Shown here one piece after another: positions 1 through 12,805 of a DNA stretch of 64,000 bases (the stretch's first letter is position 1; every line of letters starts with the position of its first letter). The notes beneath the pieces are model-generated. The model was not told the DNA's origin. It saw nothing but the letters and a program-made list of their open reading frames with translations, and made no database searches. Origin of the DNA: Azolla caroliniana (lineage: Eukaryota > Plantae > Polypodiophyta); NCBI GenBank assembly GCA_043228905.1, contig JBHGNT010000016.1:5704001-5768000 (forward strand), read 5' to 3'. Both the position numbers and the translations under genes were made by a program.

Positions 1-2883
1 TTTGCGTCCTTTGCCGCTTCTGCATAGCTCTCCGGTTCACACACTTTAGCCACTTTGGTCATTTACGCATAGTGATGCGCCATGTACTCATTGTACTCGT
101 ACCGCGTAACGGGGTTCTTCTGGCGAGAAGACCGGGATAACTTGTCATCACCCGGTTTGGGGCCCTTCTTGGCTGGTTCGGACTTCGTTCCCAAAGAAAC
201 GCCTTCATCCTTTCTGGAGTCAGATTCGCTATGATCCGACTCAACGTTGCCGTCTTCGTATTCCGACATTTTCTGCTTCCCTTTCTCTGTGCACGTGAAC
301 CATTTGCTCGGTTCCTTGCGCGGGGAGAGCACGGCAGAGTGTCCACTACTCACTGGTTCTTCATCTGACTGTTCATCCCGACTCAGCTGCTAATTTGGTC
401 CACATAGCCAGAATGAGATCAGACTCTTGTCTAGAGTGCCGAGTTCTTCATCTTCTTCTTGGACCTCCTCGAGCTCACTAGCCTCATCTTCCGGAATCGG
501 GTCTTCGTTTGGAGTTGGAGTCGGTAGGGAGTACCATGATGTCGTCTCATCAAACTTGACATCTCGGCTTACTCGGACCTGCTTAGTCCGGGGGTTATAA
601 CACGTATACCCCTTTTGCTCATGCGAGTAGTTGACTAGGATGCACTTCTTGGACTTTGGATCCAGCTTCCTCCGCTTCTCATCCGGTACATGCACATATG
701 TTATGTTACCGAATATCCGAAGGTGTCTCAAATTCGACTTCTGCCCGAAATATAATTCATGTGCTGACACCTTGTCTCCGATTCGGTTTTGGATGTAAAT
801 GGTCGTCCGGACTGCCTCAACCTAGTAGAATTGAGGCATGTTGTTCTCCTCTAGCATTGACCTTGCCACGTCGACAATCGACCGATTCTTCCTTTCGGCC
901 ACACCGTTTTGCTCCGGTGTGTATCTTAAGATGAATTCTCTCCGAATTCTGTTCTGCTCCAGATAACTGTTGAATTGGCCGGAAAAGTATTCTTTGCCGC
1001 CATTCGACCGCAAGCACTTGACTTTCCTCGCCGTTTCCTGTTCAACCAAGCTTTGCAAGTTCCGGAAACATTTGAAGACGTCGCTCTTCCGTTTGATGAG
1101 GTAGATCCACGTGTGTTGGTTGTAGTCGTCGATGAAGGAGACAAAGTATCGACGGGCGCCAAAACTAACATTTTGTGCCGGTTCCCATACATCCAAATGT
1201 ATTAGATCGAGCTTGTTACGGCTCCGGTTTCGTTCGATGGGGAATGGAAGCCCGTGTTGCTTCCCGATTTGGCAGGCTTCACAAATTTTGGCCTTCCGGC
1301 CGCTAAATTTCGGCAAACCGAAAACGACTTGTTTCGATTGCAGGTCTTGAAGGCTCAGATAATTGACGTGGCTGATCTGCTTGTGCCAAAGATCTATGTC
1401 TGATTCAATCTTTTGTCGTTTGGCAAACAAGGCGGTGCCAATGTCATTTGTGTTAAGGATGAACATCCTCTCTTCCCTCCGCCCTTACACAATTATCCAG
1501 CCTTCTTCCTCGATGAAGCACCTGAGGTGCATAAACCACACCTGCATCCCCTGGTCGACGATTTGTCCCACCGACACCATGTTCTTTGTGATAGTCGGAA
1601 CGTGTAGTACATTCATCAGCTTCCCCTTTTGTCCGACATGGCTTAAAGGAACTTCTCCGACATGCACAATTGGGTGAGGGGTGTCGTCTCCGGTTTCGAC
1701 AATCCACAGTTGTTCCAGTTTTTCCAAAAAAGAGAACGACTCTTCATGGCTTGTCATGTGGTTGGACGCTCTGGAATCAACGTACCATACTTCCTCCGAT
1801 TTTGAAGTAGTCTTCTTCACCGAGTTAGCCTTGTGCTTCATCACGAAGGTTGGCGCTTTTCCGGTTTTCCCGGTTCTGAATCCCTCTGATCCTCTTGCAT
1901 AGTGCGAGCTTTGCCGGTTTTCCCGATCGGTTTTGCCATATCCGGATTTGTCCGAATCGGCGCACTTCTTCCAGCACTCGCTTTCCCAGTGGCCCTTCTT
2001 GCCACAGTACCCGCATTCCGTGTTGCCTTTTTCTTGCCGGCTTCTGGCGCTGCTTTCACTCCCCCTACTTGTGGAGGGTCCGGAACTGCTGTTGGCACTA
2101 CCTCTATGCCTCTGGTCCTGCTCTTGTCGGGCGCCTCCATTGCGTGCCGACCCACCTCGTCCACCATGTCCATGGGCCGATCTGTCTCCATGTACAGCAT
2201 CCGGCCATCTGATTGAGTGGTCCTCAACCCACTCGCGTGGTTTTCTTCAATTATCAGCATCGATTGCAAATCGAAGAAAGTCGGTAGCTTCTCCCGGGTG
2301 CAAATCGTTATCCGGATTGGCCCGTACCTTTGTGCTAGACTACCGAGGCAGATTTGTACCATCTCATCTTCATCCACCGTCACGTTGATGGACCTGAGTA
2401 CGTCACAAATCTCCTTTGTCTTGGTGGTGTAGTCCATAACCGACATGTCTCTTTGACGGATGTTGTTCAGTTCTTGGTGGAGTTGCACCTTACGGGTTGT
2501 GGTACTCGCGGCGAAAAACTTCGTCAGATTTCCCCAGGCCTCCTTCGGTGTTTTGCATCCTTTATGTAGCCGAGCATCTGGTGGTGCACACAGACGCGAG
2601 GCAGTACAATACTCAGCTCGCTCCTTTCTCCCATATCAGGAAGTCCTCGTGTGCTAGCTCCGGCACTACCTTGTTTGTTCCTTCCACGAAGCTCCAATAT
2701 CCATGCCCCAGCAGGTATTGGTGCATCTTGTATGACCAGGACGCGTAGTTGCTCCGGTTGAGCTTCTCTGTTGGAAGTGAACTCACCACTCCTCTATCCA
2801 TATCTTCTCTTTGTTTGTTGTTACCGGGTTCTAGGGTTCGTCTACGAAAACAAGTGTCGGTTGCAGAGGTTCTCAACCCTAGC

Positions 2884-2895
2884 GCTCTGATACCA
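2884..2895 (-). other. Primer binding site (tRNA-iMet)
   Basis: Reverse complement TGGTATCAGAGC abuts the LTR. Confidence 0.95.
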
Positions 2896-3328
2896 TGTGA
2901 ATGTTAACGTGAGGAAGCGTTAGACAGAACCGGCTCAGCCGAATAGCAACAGAGAATAAGATAAAGGTTTAATGGAGAAGCTTAATACACAGAGAGTATA
3001 CGCGAGAGAGACACAGAGAGAGAGAGAGAGAGAGAGCAGAACGTGAACGTAGATTCAAAATAATAACAAAACACTCTGTAACTTTGTACATCCAACGTGC
3101 TAAACAACATTATTTATACAAGTCCTCAAAAGGATTGACAGAAGTACTATGTACTTCAATATTCCTACGAGCGACTGACACTAACTACGAGATAATGATT
3201 ACCTAGTAGTCTAGGCTACTACTAGGCTTCCGGTTCACACTTGAATCCAGCTCTCCGATCCATCTCCCTACTCCGGCCGGTTGTTTCCGGATACCGATCC
3301 GGATCCGGTTGAGCTTGCTCGCTCAACA
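2896..3328 (-). repeat. 5' LTR of the left copia element
   Basis: On the minus strand it reads TGTTGAGCGAGC...ATTCACA, directly followed by the PBS. It is homologous to the solo LTR at 7402-8291, which fixes both ends. Confidence 0.9.
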
Positions 3329-3329
3329 A

Positions 3330-4450
3330 CCTTCATATTTGTCTAATTTCTCGCAAGTATTAAACCTCCTTGGTGCACCCATATAAAAACTTGTATGAAC
3401 ACATGCATCCATAATGTCCAAATTATTGTGTAAAATCTCGTGATAGAATTGTCATGTTGTACCTGTTAGATAGAGAGCACTTACAAAATTACTTGACTTA
3501 GGTGTTAGCAACATTCCATAGATACAAACATAGTTGTGTATTGATATCAAATAATGACGTAGAAGCAAGTTGTTGTCCATAGGCCAGAAATATAAATACA
3601 TCATATGTAAACTCCCTGGTAGCTAGAAAAGTAGGTGAGGAAATAGGTAGAACTAAGTCGAGTTTTTTTTGCCCTGACAATCAGCCGATGGCTTGGCTCT
3701 ATCTAAGGAAGAAAACTATATAAACCGAGATCTGCATACCTCGAAAAGGGAGAATACCTAGATTATTTAGCATGATTAACATCATAGCACTGAGCTCTAC
3801 ACAAACTGTTTCTGGCCGAGAGCCGTGTACGGTAATCATTGTGAGCTTCTCATTTAATATAAATCTCGCTCTTACTATTCCTTCATCTGTGTATTTTTCC
3901 CGGTACTCGCACCCGAGCTATGTTCCTCGTTCTCATATCGTCTTCTCAGTGTAGAAGAGGCTTCCACGTAACACAACCCTTGATACTGATAGCCTGTGGG
4001 CTCATCAAAGGTGCTTTCCCCAAAAACGGTTAACACAAGTATCGAGAATTTCCTTTGCCTTGAGAACAAAAACTTTATGTGAACAAGTTGTTGGGGTTAT
4101 TTAAAAACTTCATCTTTGCAAAGCAACTCCTAGAGAAAATCCACCCAACATCACCCTCCAAATAAATAACTTTGCTTTGAAAGGAAGACGAAATTGTTAT
4201 TCCCCATTGTTTACTAACTTGTTCTAACATCCCCGCATACCTCTAAATTCGTTAATGATATACATCATTTGTTTTACTTTGGCAAGTCTTTTATGACCTA
4301 CAAATGTCCAATCTATCTTAGGTATACCCAATCAAATTTGGAATTGGATATTGCAAAGCTGGCATTTCTTGCAGTTGAGACATTATAGCTTGACTTATAA
4401 GAACACAAAACCTTGTCCTAGTTGTTTGAAAAGCAAATTATTTTTCTTTG
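3330..4450 (-). mobile_element. Highly decayed L1-like LINE RT remnant
   Basis: Eroded traces on the minus strand of GF..GR.I.D (about 4040-4070), VRQG..LS..LF (about 3635-3680) and SLFADDT (about 3520-3560). No intact ORF. Confidence 0.35.
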
Positions 4451-5174
4451 CTTCCCAACATGGCATTCTATACATTAACCAAGCCCAAACATGCCATATG
4501 ATTAAACTGGGGTAGAAGGGAGTGTTTATCCTCCTTTCTTTCTGGTCTCTTGTCTCTTGTCTCTTGTTCTTTCTTTTTCTTCACTCTAATTTTCTCAATT
4601 TTAATGTTGTAGCACAATTTGTCATTTCTCTACGCTTGTGTAATTGGCATGGGTTGAGAGTGTCTGGAAAGAAGGGCCACATGTCACCAAGCACACGTTC
4701 CACTACATCATTGCTACATCACCAAAATACAAATATATCAAGATTGTCAAGTTCTAAGAACTTCAACAAAAGCTTTTATAGCAACTTGTGTACATGAAAT
4801 GTAGGATTTCCACACATAATACTTTTATCCAAAGAAATTCACTTCTTGTGTAGTTTATGAAGAATAGAAAAGCACTATCACTAGATGGCTGCAAGTCATA
4901 ACAAATGAAATTGATAAATTTAAGCAATGAAAACATTAGAATACAATGTGGTCAAGGGCCTATACTATCACATTACTTGTATCATTCATAAATGATTTGT
5001 TATGAAAATAACATAGCTCCATGCTCTACAAATATTTTATTGGCCTACTACCCTATGTGTAATTGTTGAACACTTTCATACGTAATTTTTTCTTTGTATA
5101 CTTCATAATTCCCATTAGTAAGGAGTTTGTTAAGATATTTGAAAATTTTATAGAGTTGTTCTAACTAAAATATT

Positions 5175-6350
5175 CAATGATGACTACAAAATATTACATT
5201 CAATGGCAAAATAATGCATTCATGGTGTGGTACAACCTATCATGTTGAACAATCTACAAGGAAAGTATACGTCATATTCAAATATTGGTACGCAACTACA
5301 TTTGGTATGGTAAGGAAGATCATGCAGCTTGGGCCAAGGTAGTTCAATGATCACTGCAAAATATTAAATTGAATGGCAAAACAATGCATTCATGGCGTGG
5401 TACAACCTATCATGTTGGACAATCTACAAGGAAAGTATACATCAAATTCAAAGACTGGTACACAACTACATTTGGTCTAGTAAGGAAGATCATGCAGCTT
5501 GGGCCAAGGTAGCATGGCCTATGCTCACATCACCCAAGTTGAGAGGAGGATTGGGTCTAATTGATCCCCTCTCACAATCCAAAGTATTACTCACCAAATT
5601 TGTGGTATGAGAACTCCAACCAAGGGATGACTACTAAAAAATGCTACTACGAACAAGCTTTGCTTACTTTACACCACGGAAAGGGGCCAATTGGGCCCCT
5701 CGGTTGAGATGGATTCTAAACATAGATCTTAAACCAAGTTATTCACGCCGATTTGAGGATAGATTCAGTGCATCCATGTGAAAAGCGTGTGACATAAGAC
5801 GAGGACTCAAGTGTGATAAACCTAACTCTAAAGTTGCTAATCAAAGAATGGTCATAAAGAAGTGGATGGGCTATGAGGAGGAGGGCTCCTTGGTCCCAAG
5901 AGGTAAGGAAACACCGGACAAGATCCAAGGCCATGAACTACGAGACAATGAGGACCAACATCAAACATGGCAATTCGAGTACTCACCTATATAGGTCATG
6001 AATAAGTTATAAACCCCGATCCAATCAAAGTACAACCAGAATGGCACATATGTATTCCTGAAAACGCATGGCTACGTAAGGTAAGTTGGGACCCTTTGCA
6101 ATGGACGTGGTGTGATCCTTATGCGGGTCCAAGAAGCAAAGCCATCCCTTTCTTCCAATTCACGACTAGATTGGGATGCCACATTCCAGCCACTCAAACC
6201 ACCCGTGAGTTAGCTGTTGCAAATATTTAGCACACATGTCATGTTCCCCATGTAATTATTACCAAGTTTTGGCGGAAAATACAGAAACAACACCACGTTA
6301 AGCAAATTACCATGTTCCAATCGCTAGTAATACATAGGTCACTACCAGTT
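5175..6350 (+). mobile_element. L1-clade LINE ORF2 fragment with an internal 170-bp tandem duplication
   Basis: ORF 5392-5610 (IQRLVHNYIW...AKVAWPMLTSPKLRGGLGLID) is the typical post-RT segment of L1 ORF2. Segment 5175-5342 is repeated at 5344-5512. Confidence 0.75.
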
Positions 6351-6508
6351 GGAGTGTGGCAGTGTGGGATCCTTAGCTCTCCTAATTGTATAGCTTGCCC
6401 AAATGTAACAAAGTCAATCTGACATGCTTTGTGGACTGCGGGGTAGACGAGGTTAAATACTAAGAGAGAGTGAGAGCGTAAGAAAGAGAACAAGAAAGGG
6501 ATAGAGAC

Positions 6509-6538
6509 TGTCATGGACGAGTAGACGAGGCTCGATAC

Positions 6539-6585
<47 letters not shown>

Positions 6586-6912
6586 ATAGACAAGAGAACA
6601 AGAACTGCATTATGCTTCCGTAATTGGCGTTGTTCACCTTGACTAGGGCCAAGGTGAACCCCTGTACTTATACATGTTTGTGGGCTCTAAATGTAGTTCC
6701 ATGCAGAGACTCCTTTCCATGCACAACCTTCTAGAATGTTCCAGGAGCTTTCTAAAAGCTTCTAAAATCTCCTACATGTATAGATCATCTATGGTAATTT
6801 ACTAAAATAATATGACCATGTATTGGATGTGTTGGTTAAGACATATCATTTGATTACAATACAATAGGTTAAGAGTTCGAGTCATGACATGATTGTTGTC
6901 ATATCTATGACA
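6509..6912 (-). mobile_element. Diverged LTR (TGTCA...TGACA), same family as 7770-8260, opposite orientation
   Basis: TGTCA at 6509 and TGACA at 6908-6912. It shares CTTCTAGAATGTTCCAG, the (AG)n tract and the terminal GTTCGAGTC...CATATC..TGACA with the reverse complement of 7770-8260. No TSD was found. Its left part is duplicated at 6430-6508. Confidence 0.6.
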
Positions 6913-7401
6913 GAAGTTGCATTACTTTGTAAACATAATGTGTAAAAGTTAATACTATAAGTACTCGCCATATTGTAATTCGACTATGTCCATGTTTATT
7001 GGTTTCAACTTGCTTTACAACATTGTCCAAATACAAATGAAAATAGCATTGCCCTTTAAAGAGTTAATAATATCATAAAATTCCATCTAAATAATGTGGG
7101 TGCCTTTATACATTATATGATACACTTGTAATCAAACAACTATTGCTTATAGTTTCAAGGCATTGCCTACTTTTATTTTTTATTTTTTATGAAGATTCAC
7201 CTTAGTATTAATGGAAAGATGCCCAAAGGCTACAACGAATTCATACAATATATTATAACCCTCATATCCACATCAACCAGCATGTCAAGTATCAAAAGCC
7301 CTCATGTAGGGTTGTTCCAAGACAGGGGGCGGAAAAAGGCATCTTGGTGGAGCGTATCTCCACTTTATTCTCTCTCCAAAAGACAAGATTTGAAACATAA
7401 C

Positions 7402-8061
7402 TGTAAAAGTTAATATGCGAAAGCTTATGACAAACCGGTTCAACCAGATAGCAACAGAGAGAGTACAGGTTTAATGGAAACCTTACAAGACATAGATAAA
7501 GAGTGGGAGAGATAGAGAGAGGAGAATAGCAAAAACTATATTAAAAAATAATACTCTGTTCATGGAATGTGCTTAGAGAGCACTTTTATACAAGTCCTTA
7601 TATGGACTGACAAAAGTACTGACAAGTACTTCAATGCTCATACGAGCGGTTGACACTAACTACGAGGACCATGACTACCTAGTAGTCTAAAAGAGTAGAC
7701 TTCTAAACGGCACACATGTGGGTCGGCTCCCCGATCCCGATCTAGCTTTGGCTTATCCAGTCGATCTGGTGTCACGATATGGCAAGACTCGAACCCATGA
7801 CCTTATGTTATATGGGTCGAGCTCTTGACCATTATACCATCTATTGTAATACGTTGAATATTATTTTCATTTAAGTTTTATTATAGGAAATTAATGTATA
7901 TTCCATATTTCTCTGGAACATTCTAGAAGCTTCAGGATTACTCCTGAGAACACTATAAAAGAAGGCACTATGCATTATTTTGAACCAAATTGGTTCAACG
8001 CCAATCTTAAGCCTCATAGCCTTTTTGTACTTACTCTTCACATAGTATATCCTCTGTTATC

Positions 8062-8130
<69 letters not shown>

Positions 8131-8291
8131 CTCACTATTTCTCTCTCTCCTCTTCTCTCTTTCTCTCTCGGCAGTCTTACGCAATCTCGTCCTCTTAGTA
8201 CTAATAGTACTTCCCTTTTCCAGTACTATTTCTCTCTTTGTTTTAGTACTATTCCTGACATCCGGATCCGGTTGAGCTTGCTCGCTCAACA
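7402..8291 (-). mobile_element. Solo LTR of the left copia family, interrupted by a nested LTR
   Basis: Aligns with 2896-3328 at both ends. Perfect 5-bp TSD ATAAC at 7397-7401 and 8292-8296. Confidence 0.9.
7770..8260 (+). mobile_element. Nested solo LTR (TGTCA...TGACA) carrying a tRNA-like segment
   Basis: 5-bp terminal inverted repeat. TSD TCTGG (7765-7769) and TCCGG (8261-8265), differing by one CpG-type transition. TATA-like CTATAAAA at about 7953 followed by (CT)n suggests + orientation. Confidence 0.8.
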
Positions 8292-11104
8292 ATAACTTAG
8301 TCCAATCTCGACCATCATGTACGGAGGAATGGTTGCACCAACCCCTCATATTGAACCCATTATTTACATCAGAAGAGGGGGTAATGTTAGGGAAGAGAAC
8401 TAGGTTGAATTGGGCTGACTTTGATAAAGGTGAAGTTGAGTCGATGGTAATTGGCTAACTTTTTCTTCTTCAGCGATGGAAAACAAAATCCATGTTTGTA
8501 GTACAATTTGGGGAGGGAACATTATGTATGTAGAAATGGATAGAATCTTTACGATATCTTCCTTTCAGCCTTCTCAAACGATTATATTTTGGTATGGTAT
8601 GTTTTCATCCCTACATGTCTTGTTGGGGGTCAGGGTTATAAAAACTCTCATGAATGCCTTTACTTCGATATTTTGCCTTCTGGACGACTTCATTCTCTCT
8701 TTGTGGAAGACAGAATTGTAACTCAAGGGAATATGTTGCCTATTCGTATATTGTGGAAGAAAGATAAAAAAATGGATGTTGAATCCACATCCAAATTATA
8801 TAGGCATTGCCTACTTCTAACTAGTTAAAATCAATAACCGTAACAATATGAATGTGATAGTATAGTGATGCAAAGTTTGATTTGTAAATTCATGTCTTGA
8901 GAAATGGGTTCGATATACAATAATCTATTTAAAAGTCTTCATATTTCTAGTTTGCAATCATTCTCACAAATAGTTTCTCCTAAAACCATGGTTTAACATA
9001 TTGCTCTCCGCAATCCAACGGTTAAAAATAAAAGCATTCTCGTAAGGCAATTCTATTCATTAAGGGGATGGGAAACAATGCACATCGACAATATTTAGGA
9101 TTCTTGAAAGTAAACTAGATCTCCAATATGATCTTGCATTGTGATTGATTTGAAGTAAGGAATTTTTGGTAGATTTTGTTGTCTTTGTTTCCTTTAATGA
9201 TTTTAACACAAGACATTAATGCAAGTAATATGATAAAAATTGAAACTATTGTAAGATTACAATGACTTGCATGCTTCAATGCTAAAGTAAAGTGTTTTGT
9301 TTTTTTGAGCAAATATCGAATGAAAATTTGGCAATTTTCTTTTCAAACAAAAGGATTGGCATCTTGTATTTCCTTTTAACATGCGATTGTGCCAATAACT
9401 TTAGACACTTAGAACTTTGTACCTACAGGTTATCATTGCAAGTTGTACTACTACTATTGGCCCAAGATATGTGCTTCTTCTAGAATGTGCTATTTTATCA
9501 GTATCCCTTGGTCCAATACGATTCTTAAAGGGCTTCTTTCTGTTACAAGTGACATGGCAAACTTGCTTTTTTATACTATACATCATTTCATGATTCTTTC
9601 CACATTGGTATCACAATCGTTTGGGTATTGGTTAGGCTTTTGTATGCTAACAAATATTGTTGTATAAAAGGAAAGCTCGTAAAAGTGTTGTCACCAGCGT
9701 ATCCTTTCTTGGCACTCATAGTAGCTTGCCAAATTTTTAGATTTCCTAATATTGCTTTACATATGTACAAGTCTACATTGTATGGTTGCAATTAAGCAAA
9801 CGTGTCATAAAGACATCTATTATTACAATTGGATACTTTACGTTTCACCAACCACCACATGCAAACTATGTCCTTCAAAATATGTAAGATCATAATACAA
9901 TATTTCCATTCTACAAGTCAATCAACGTGGTTTTATATTCATTCTAGATCAACTATTAATTGTAAAATCTTCGAGTTGAATAGTTCTATTGTGAGCACCC
10001 AACTTCAACCAAATAATAATTGTCTCTTTTGTCCGTTTTTCTCATATTTACCTTTTGCCACGATGTTCAACCTAAAGTTACCTTTAAAAACATTGACAAT
10101 AAACGAAATGTCATTAATGAGCAAATCCTTTCATTATGCTATGATAGAGCATAGTTATCTTATACATCCAAATTCGATTGTTATTCTTGTCGTTATTGCA
10201 AAAGGTTTTGTGTGGAAAAAATATGTATAAAGATGTGTAGGGCTTTGAACTAAAATGCCACTTAGAGTAGTTACAACCAAATAGTTTTGTTGTCTAGAGC
10301 TATACATAAATCGGTGGTTGTCAAAGCAATGTGGAAATACCATGTGCAAAAACCAAAGGATCCTAATGCATTCATCTTTATTTTTCCTTGAAAGATTTTC
10401 TTAATGTATGTATTCATCTTTCACGAGGGTAGCTTATAATATGGGTAAACAAAGATGTGAACTTTAGAAAAAAATAACATGCACCATCAAGACCTTGAGA
10501 AAGAGGTGCATTACAAAAAAAGAACTAAATGTCGACATTAATGCGATATAAAATAAGTGGTAGCTGACAAAAGAGTCATGGGACAGGAGAAGTTTGAAAA
10601 ATACGTGACAAAAATAAAATAATAAACGATCAAGAGACGACGTAAAACATGAAGAGCTTTAGACAAAAGATGAGTTGCTAAACATAACCTTTTTCCCTTT
10701 CAATGAACATACATTTACAAAGCTCTCGCTTGCAAGTCTAACATCATTCAAGGATAAACAATTGAGAAATTGATGTGGTGTCGACAAGACATGAAAGGCA
10801 CATTAGTTATGTTTGAAAAAAGGCTTTACTTTAATAGTATTCTAATGTGTGTGCCTCAAAGTGCTTTTTAGTACAACATTGTACCTTGGCACTTGAGAAG
10901 ACACTTGGTAGCATTGAAATGTTCATGTACATTATTGTACCCTCAAAGATCTAATCTACCGCCCCCTATATTTTGGCAACCATTTAATCGTCACCACCAT
11001 TCATGATTTTGGTTGTAGGCTAGCATAGGTTCGGTAGCTTAGATAAACAAGAGGATAGTTCAAAGAATAAATGTCATTTGTCAATCTTGAACACAATATA
11101 GTTG

Positions 11105-11568
11105 TGTTGAGATATCAAGCTCAACTAAGTTTAGCCATTTCGTTAACCACGTAACTTAGTAGTTACATAAATAGAATCTAGTTAATGTGTTGACCTTTTA
11201 AACCCTTAAATAGGATCTTGTACTTGTACGTAAGTGGGTATACATTCAAGATCCTCCACTACCAAGTATATTTAATATAGGACTTACATCCTTGTAAGTT
11301 GTACCTATATTCTACTCACACATGTGCACCCTTACCCTTGCACATGAGTTGTATATATTCCTCATTGTGGGTATTTTTGTAAGTTGATGATGCTTATTAA
11401 TATAGAGGAACTCTTGTTAATCATCCCCCATTTATCTCATTGTTCATATAAGTGTATCTTCCTCTCTCTCTTCCTCTCACACACAAATCACATAATTTCC
11501 CGTCTGCTTTATCAATACTCACATAATTAGACCCTAATTAACCCAAGTTAATTACCTAATTATTAACA
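11105..11568. mobile_element. Solo LTR (TGTTGAG...TTAACA)
   Basis: TG...CA ends; TSD AGTTG at 11100-11104 and 11569-11573; homologous to 12297-12746. Confidence 0.88.
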
Positions 11569-12109
11569 AGTTGATATCTTGAATTGTGCATATCCCCTTT
11601 GCAAAAATCAAACATTACTCAAGACTTTTGAAGCATGGTCAAACTACAATTTGGTATAGAATTATCATATTGATTGAGCATTGAATAGGTATTGGATATG
11701 ACAAATTGTGTAAGTTTTGTGTGATATAATTAACATTAATCATATATATGATCTAAGTAGTCATTCTCCGAGTTCCAACAAATTTTCATTTCTCAATTGT
11801 GACCAGATATGAGCCACCCTAAAGAATTATCATCAATAGAATAGGCATTGTTAAAATCTCTAAAAAGACATCATGCAAGTTGCAACCATGGATATGCCAA
11901 CAACAAAAACCACATATGTGATTCCTTTGTGGAAGTTGCATACATTGCACAAGCATCCAACTCTCATATAGATCATTATGGACTAATATAAATGGCAATT
12001 CTTCTCATACCAATCACTGGTGCGTTTGACATCTTCCAAATTCCTCCAAAATAACAAAGCCTATGTTGATTACAGTCTTGCAAGCAATATTTGGGCGTCA
12101 ATTTAGCTA

Positions 12110-12805
12110 CACACTCTCCATGGAATAAGGACTCAATGCCCATGTTGTTTGTCCCTACTCCCACCCTTCACTGGAAAACTAATCACACCTTTAGTGTATG
12201 CATGCTTCTATCCTATATTCATAGGTACGCACTCTCCATGGAATAAGGACTCACCAATGCCCATATTGCTTGTCCCCGCTCTCACCCTTTACTCGTTGTT
12301 GAGATATCAAGCTCAACTAGGTTTAGTTATTTTGTCAAATGTGTAACTTAGCAGTTACATACATAGCATCTAGTTAGTGTGTTGACTTCACCTCCACCAC
12401 CAAGTTCATTTAATATAGGACTTACATCCTTGTACCTATATTCTCCTCACAAATGTGCACCCTTGCACATGATATGTATATATACCTCATTGTGGGTATT
12501 TTTGTAACTTGATGCTTGTTAATATAGAAAAGGTCTTTAAGCTAGACTTGTGTTAATCATCCCCCATTTTTGCCTTATTGTTCACAAGTATATTTTCTTC
12601 TCTATCTCTCATTCAACTTCCTTACTCTCTCACACATACACACAAATATATATCATATAGTCTTTTGTTGCTTAATCACATACGTGATTAACTACTCACA
12701 TAATTAGATACTAATTAACTCTTAGTTAGTTACCTAATTATTAACACTCGTAAACTAATCACACCTTTTAGTGTATGGATGCTTCTATCCTATATTTGTA
12801 GGATA
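12110..12805. repeat. Tandem dimer of about 118 bp, second unit split by the solo LTR
   Basis: ACTCTCCATGGAATAAGGACTC...AAACTAATCACACC...GCTTCTATCCTATATT occurs twice; the second copy resumes after the LTR at 12752. Confidence 0.8.
12297..12746. mobile_element. Second solo LTR of the same family
   Basis: TGTTGAG...TTAACA ends; TSD CTCGT at 12292-12296 and 12747-12751. Confidence 0.88.

Larger units (their letters stand above)
1..3328 (-). mobile_element. Degenerate Ty1/copia LTR retrotransposon (5' LTR, gag, protease, integrase; runs off the window before RT)
   Basis: Frameshifted minus-strand ORF pieces encode gag (KLNRSNYASWSYKM), protease (WYVDSRASNHMT), GAG-pre-integrase (LWHKQISH, CEACQIGKQH) and integrase (LIHLDVW, LRSNGGKEY, TPEQNGVAERKNR, RRKLDPKSKKC). 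The PBS is at 2884-2895 and the LTR at 2896-3328. Confidence 0.95.

Noticed and set aside
7775-7845. Functional tRNA gene
   Set aside because: A/B boxes are present but the acceptor, anticodon and T stems pair poorly; treated as a tRNA-derived module. The same applies to the SINE heads.
7970-8349. Poly-SL and poly-ER ORFs (also 6239-6652, 19752-19970, 22498-22875)
   Set aside because: Translations of (CT)n/(AG)n microsatellites.
8300-8720. Possible L1 RT remnant on the minus strand
   Set aside because: Motif traces are too eroded to call without a translated search.
8830-11000. Possible decayed DNA-transposase (hAT-like) remnant on the minus strand
   Set aside because: Only a faint C..H.LN-like trace near 9790-9815, with no ORF, TIR or TSD to support it.
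11105-12746. Single TRIM element with two LTRs
   Set aside because: Each LTR has its own TSD, and no PBS/PPT was seen between them.
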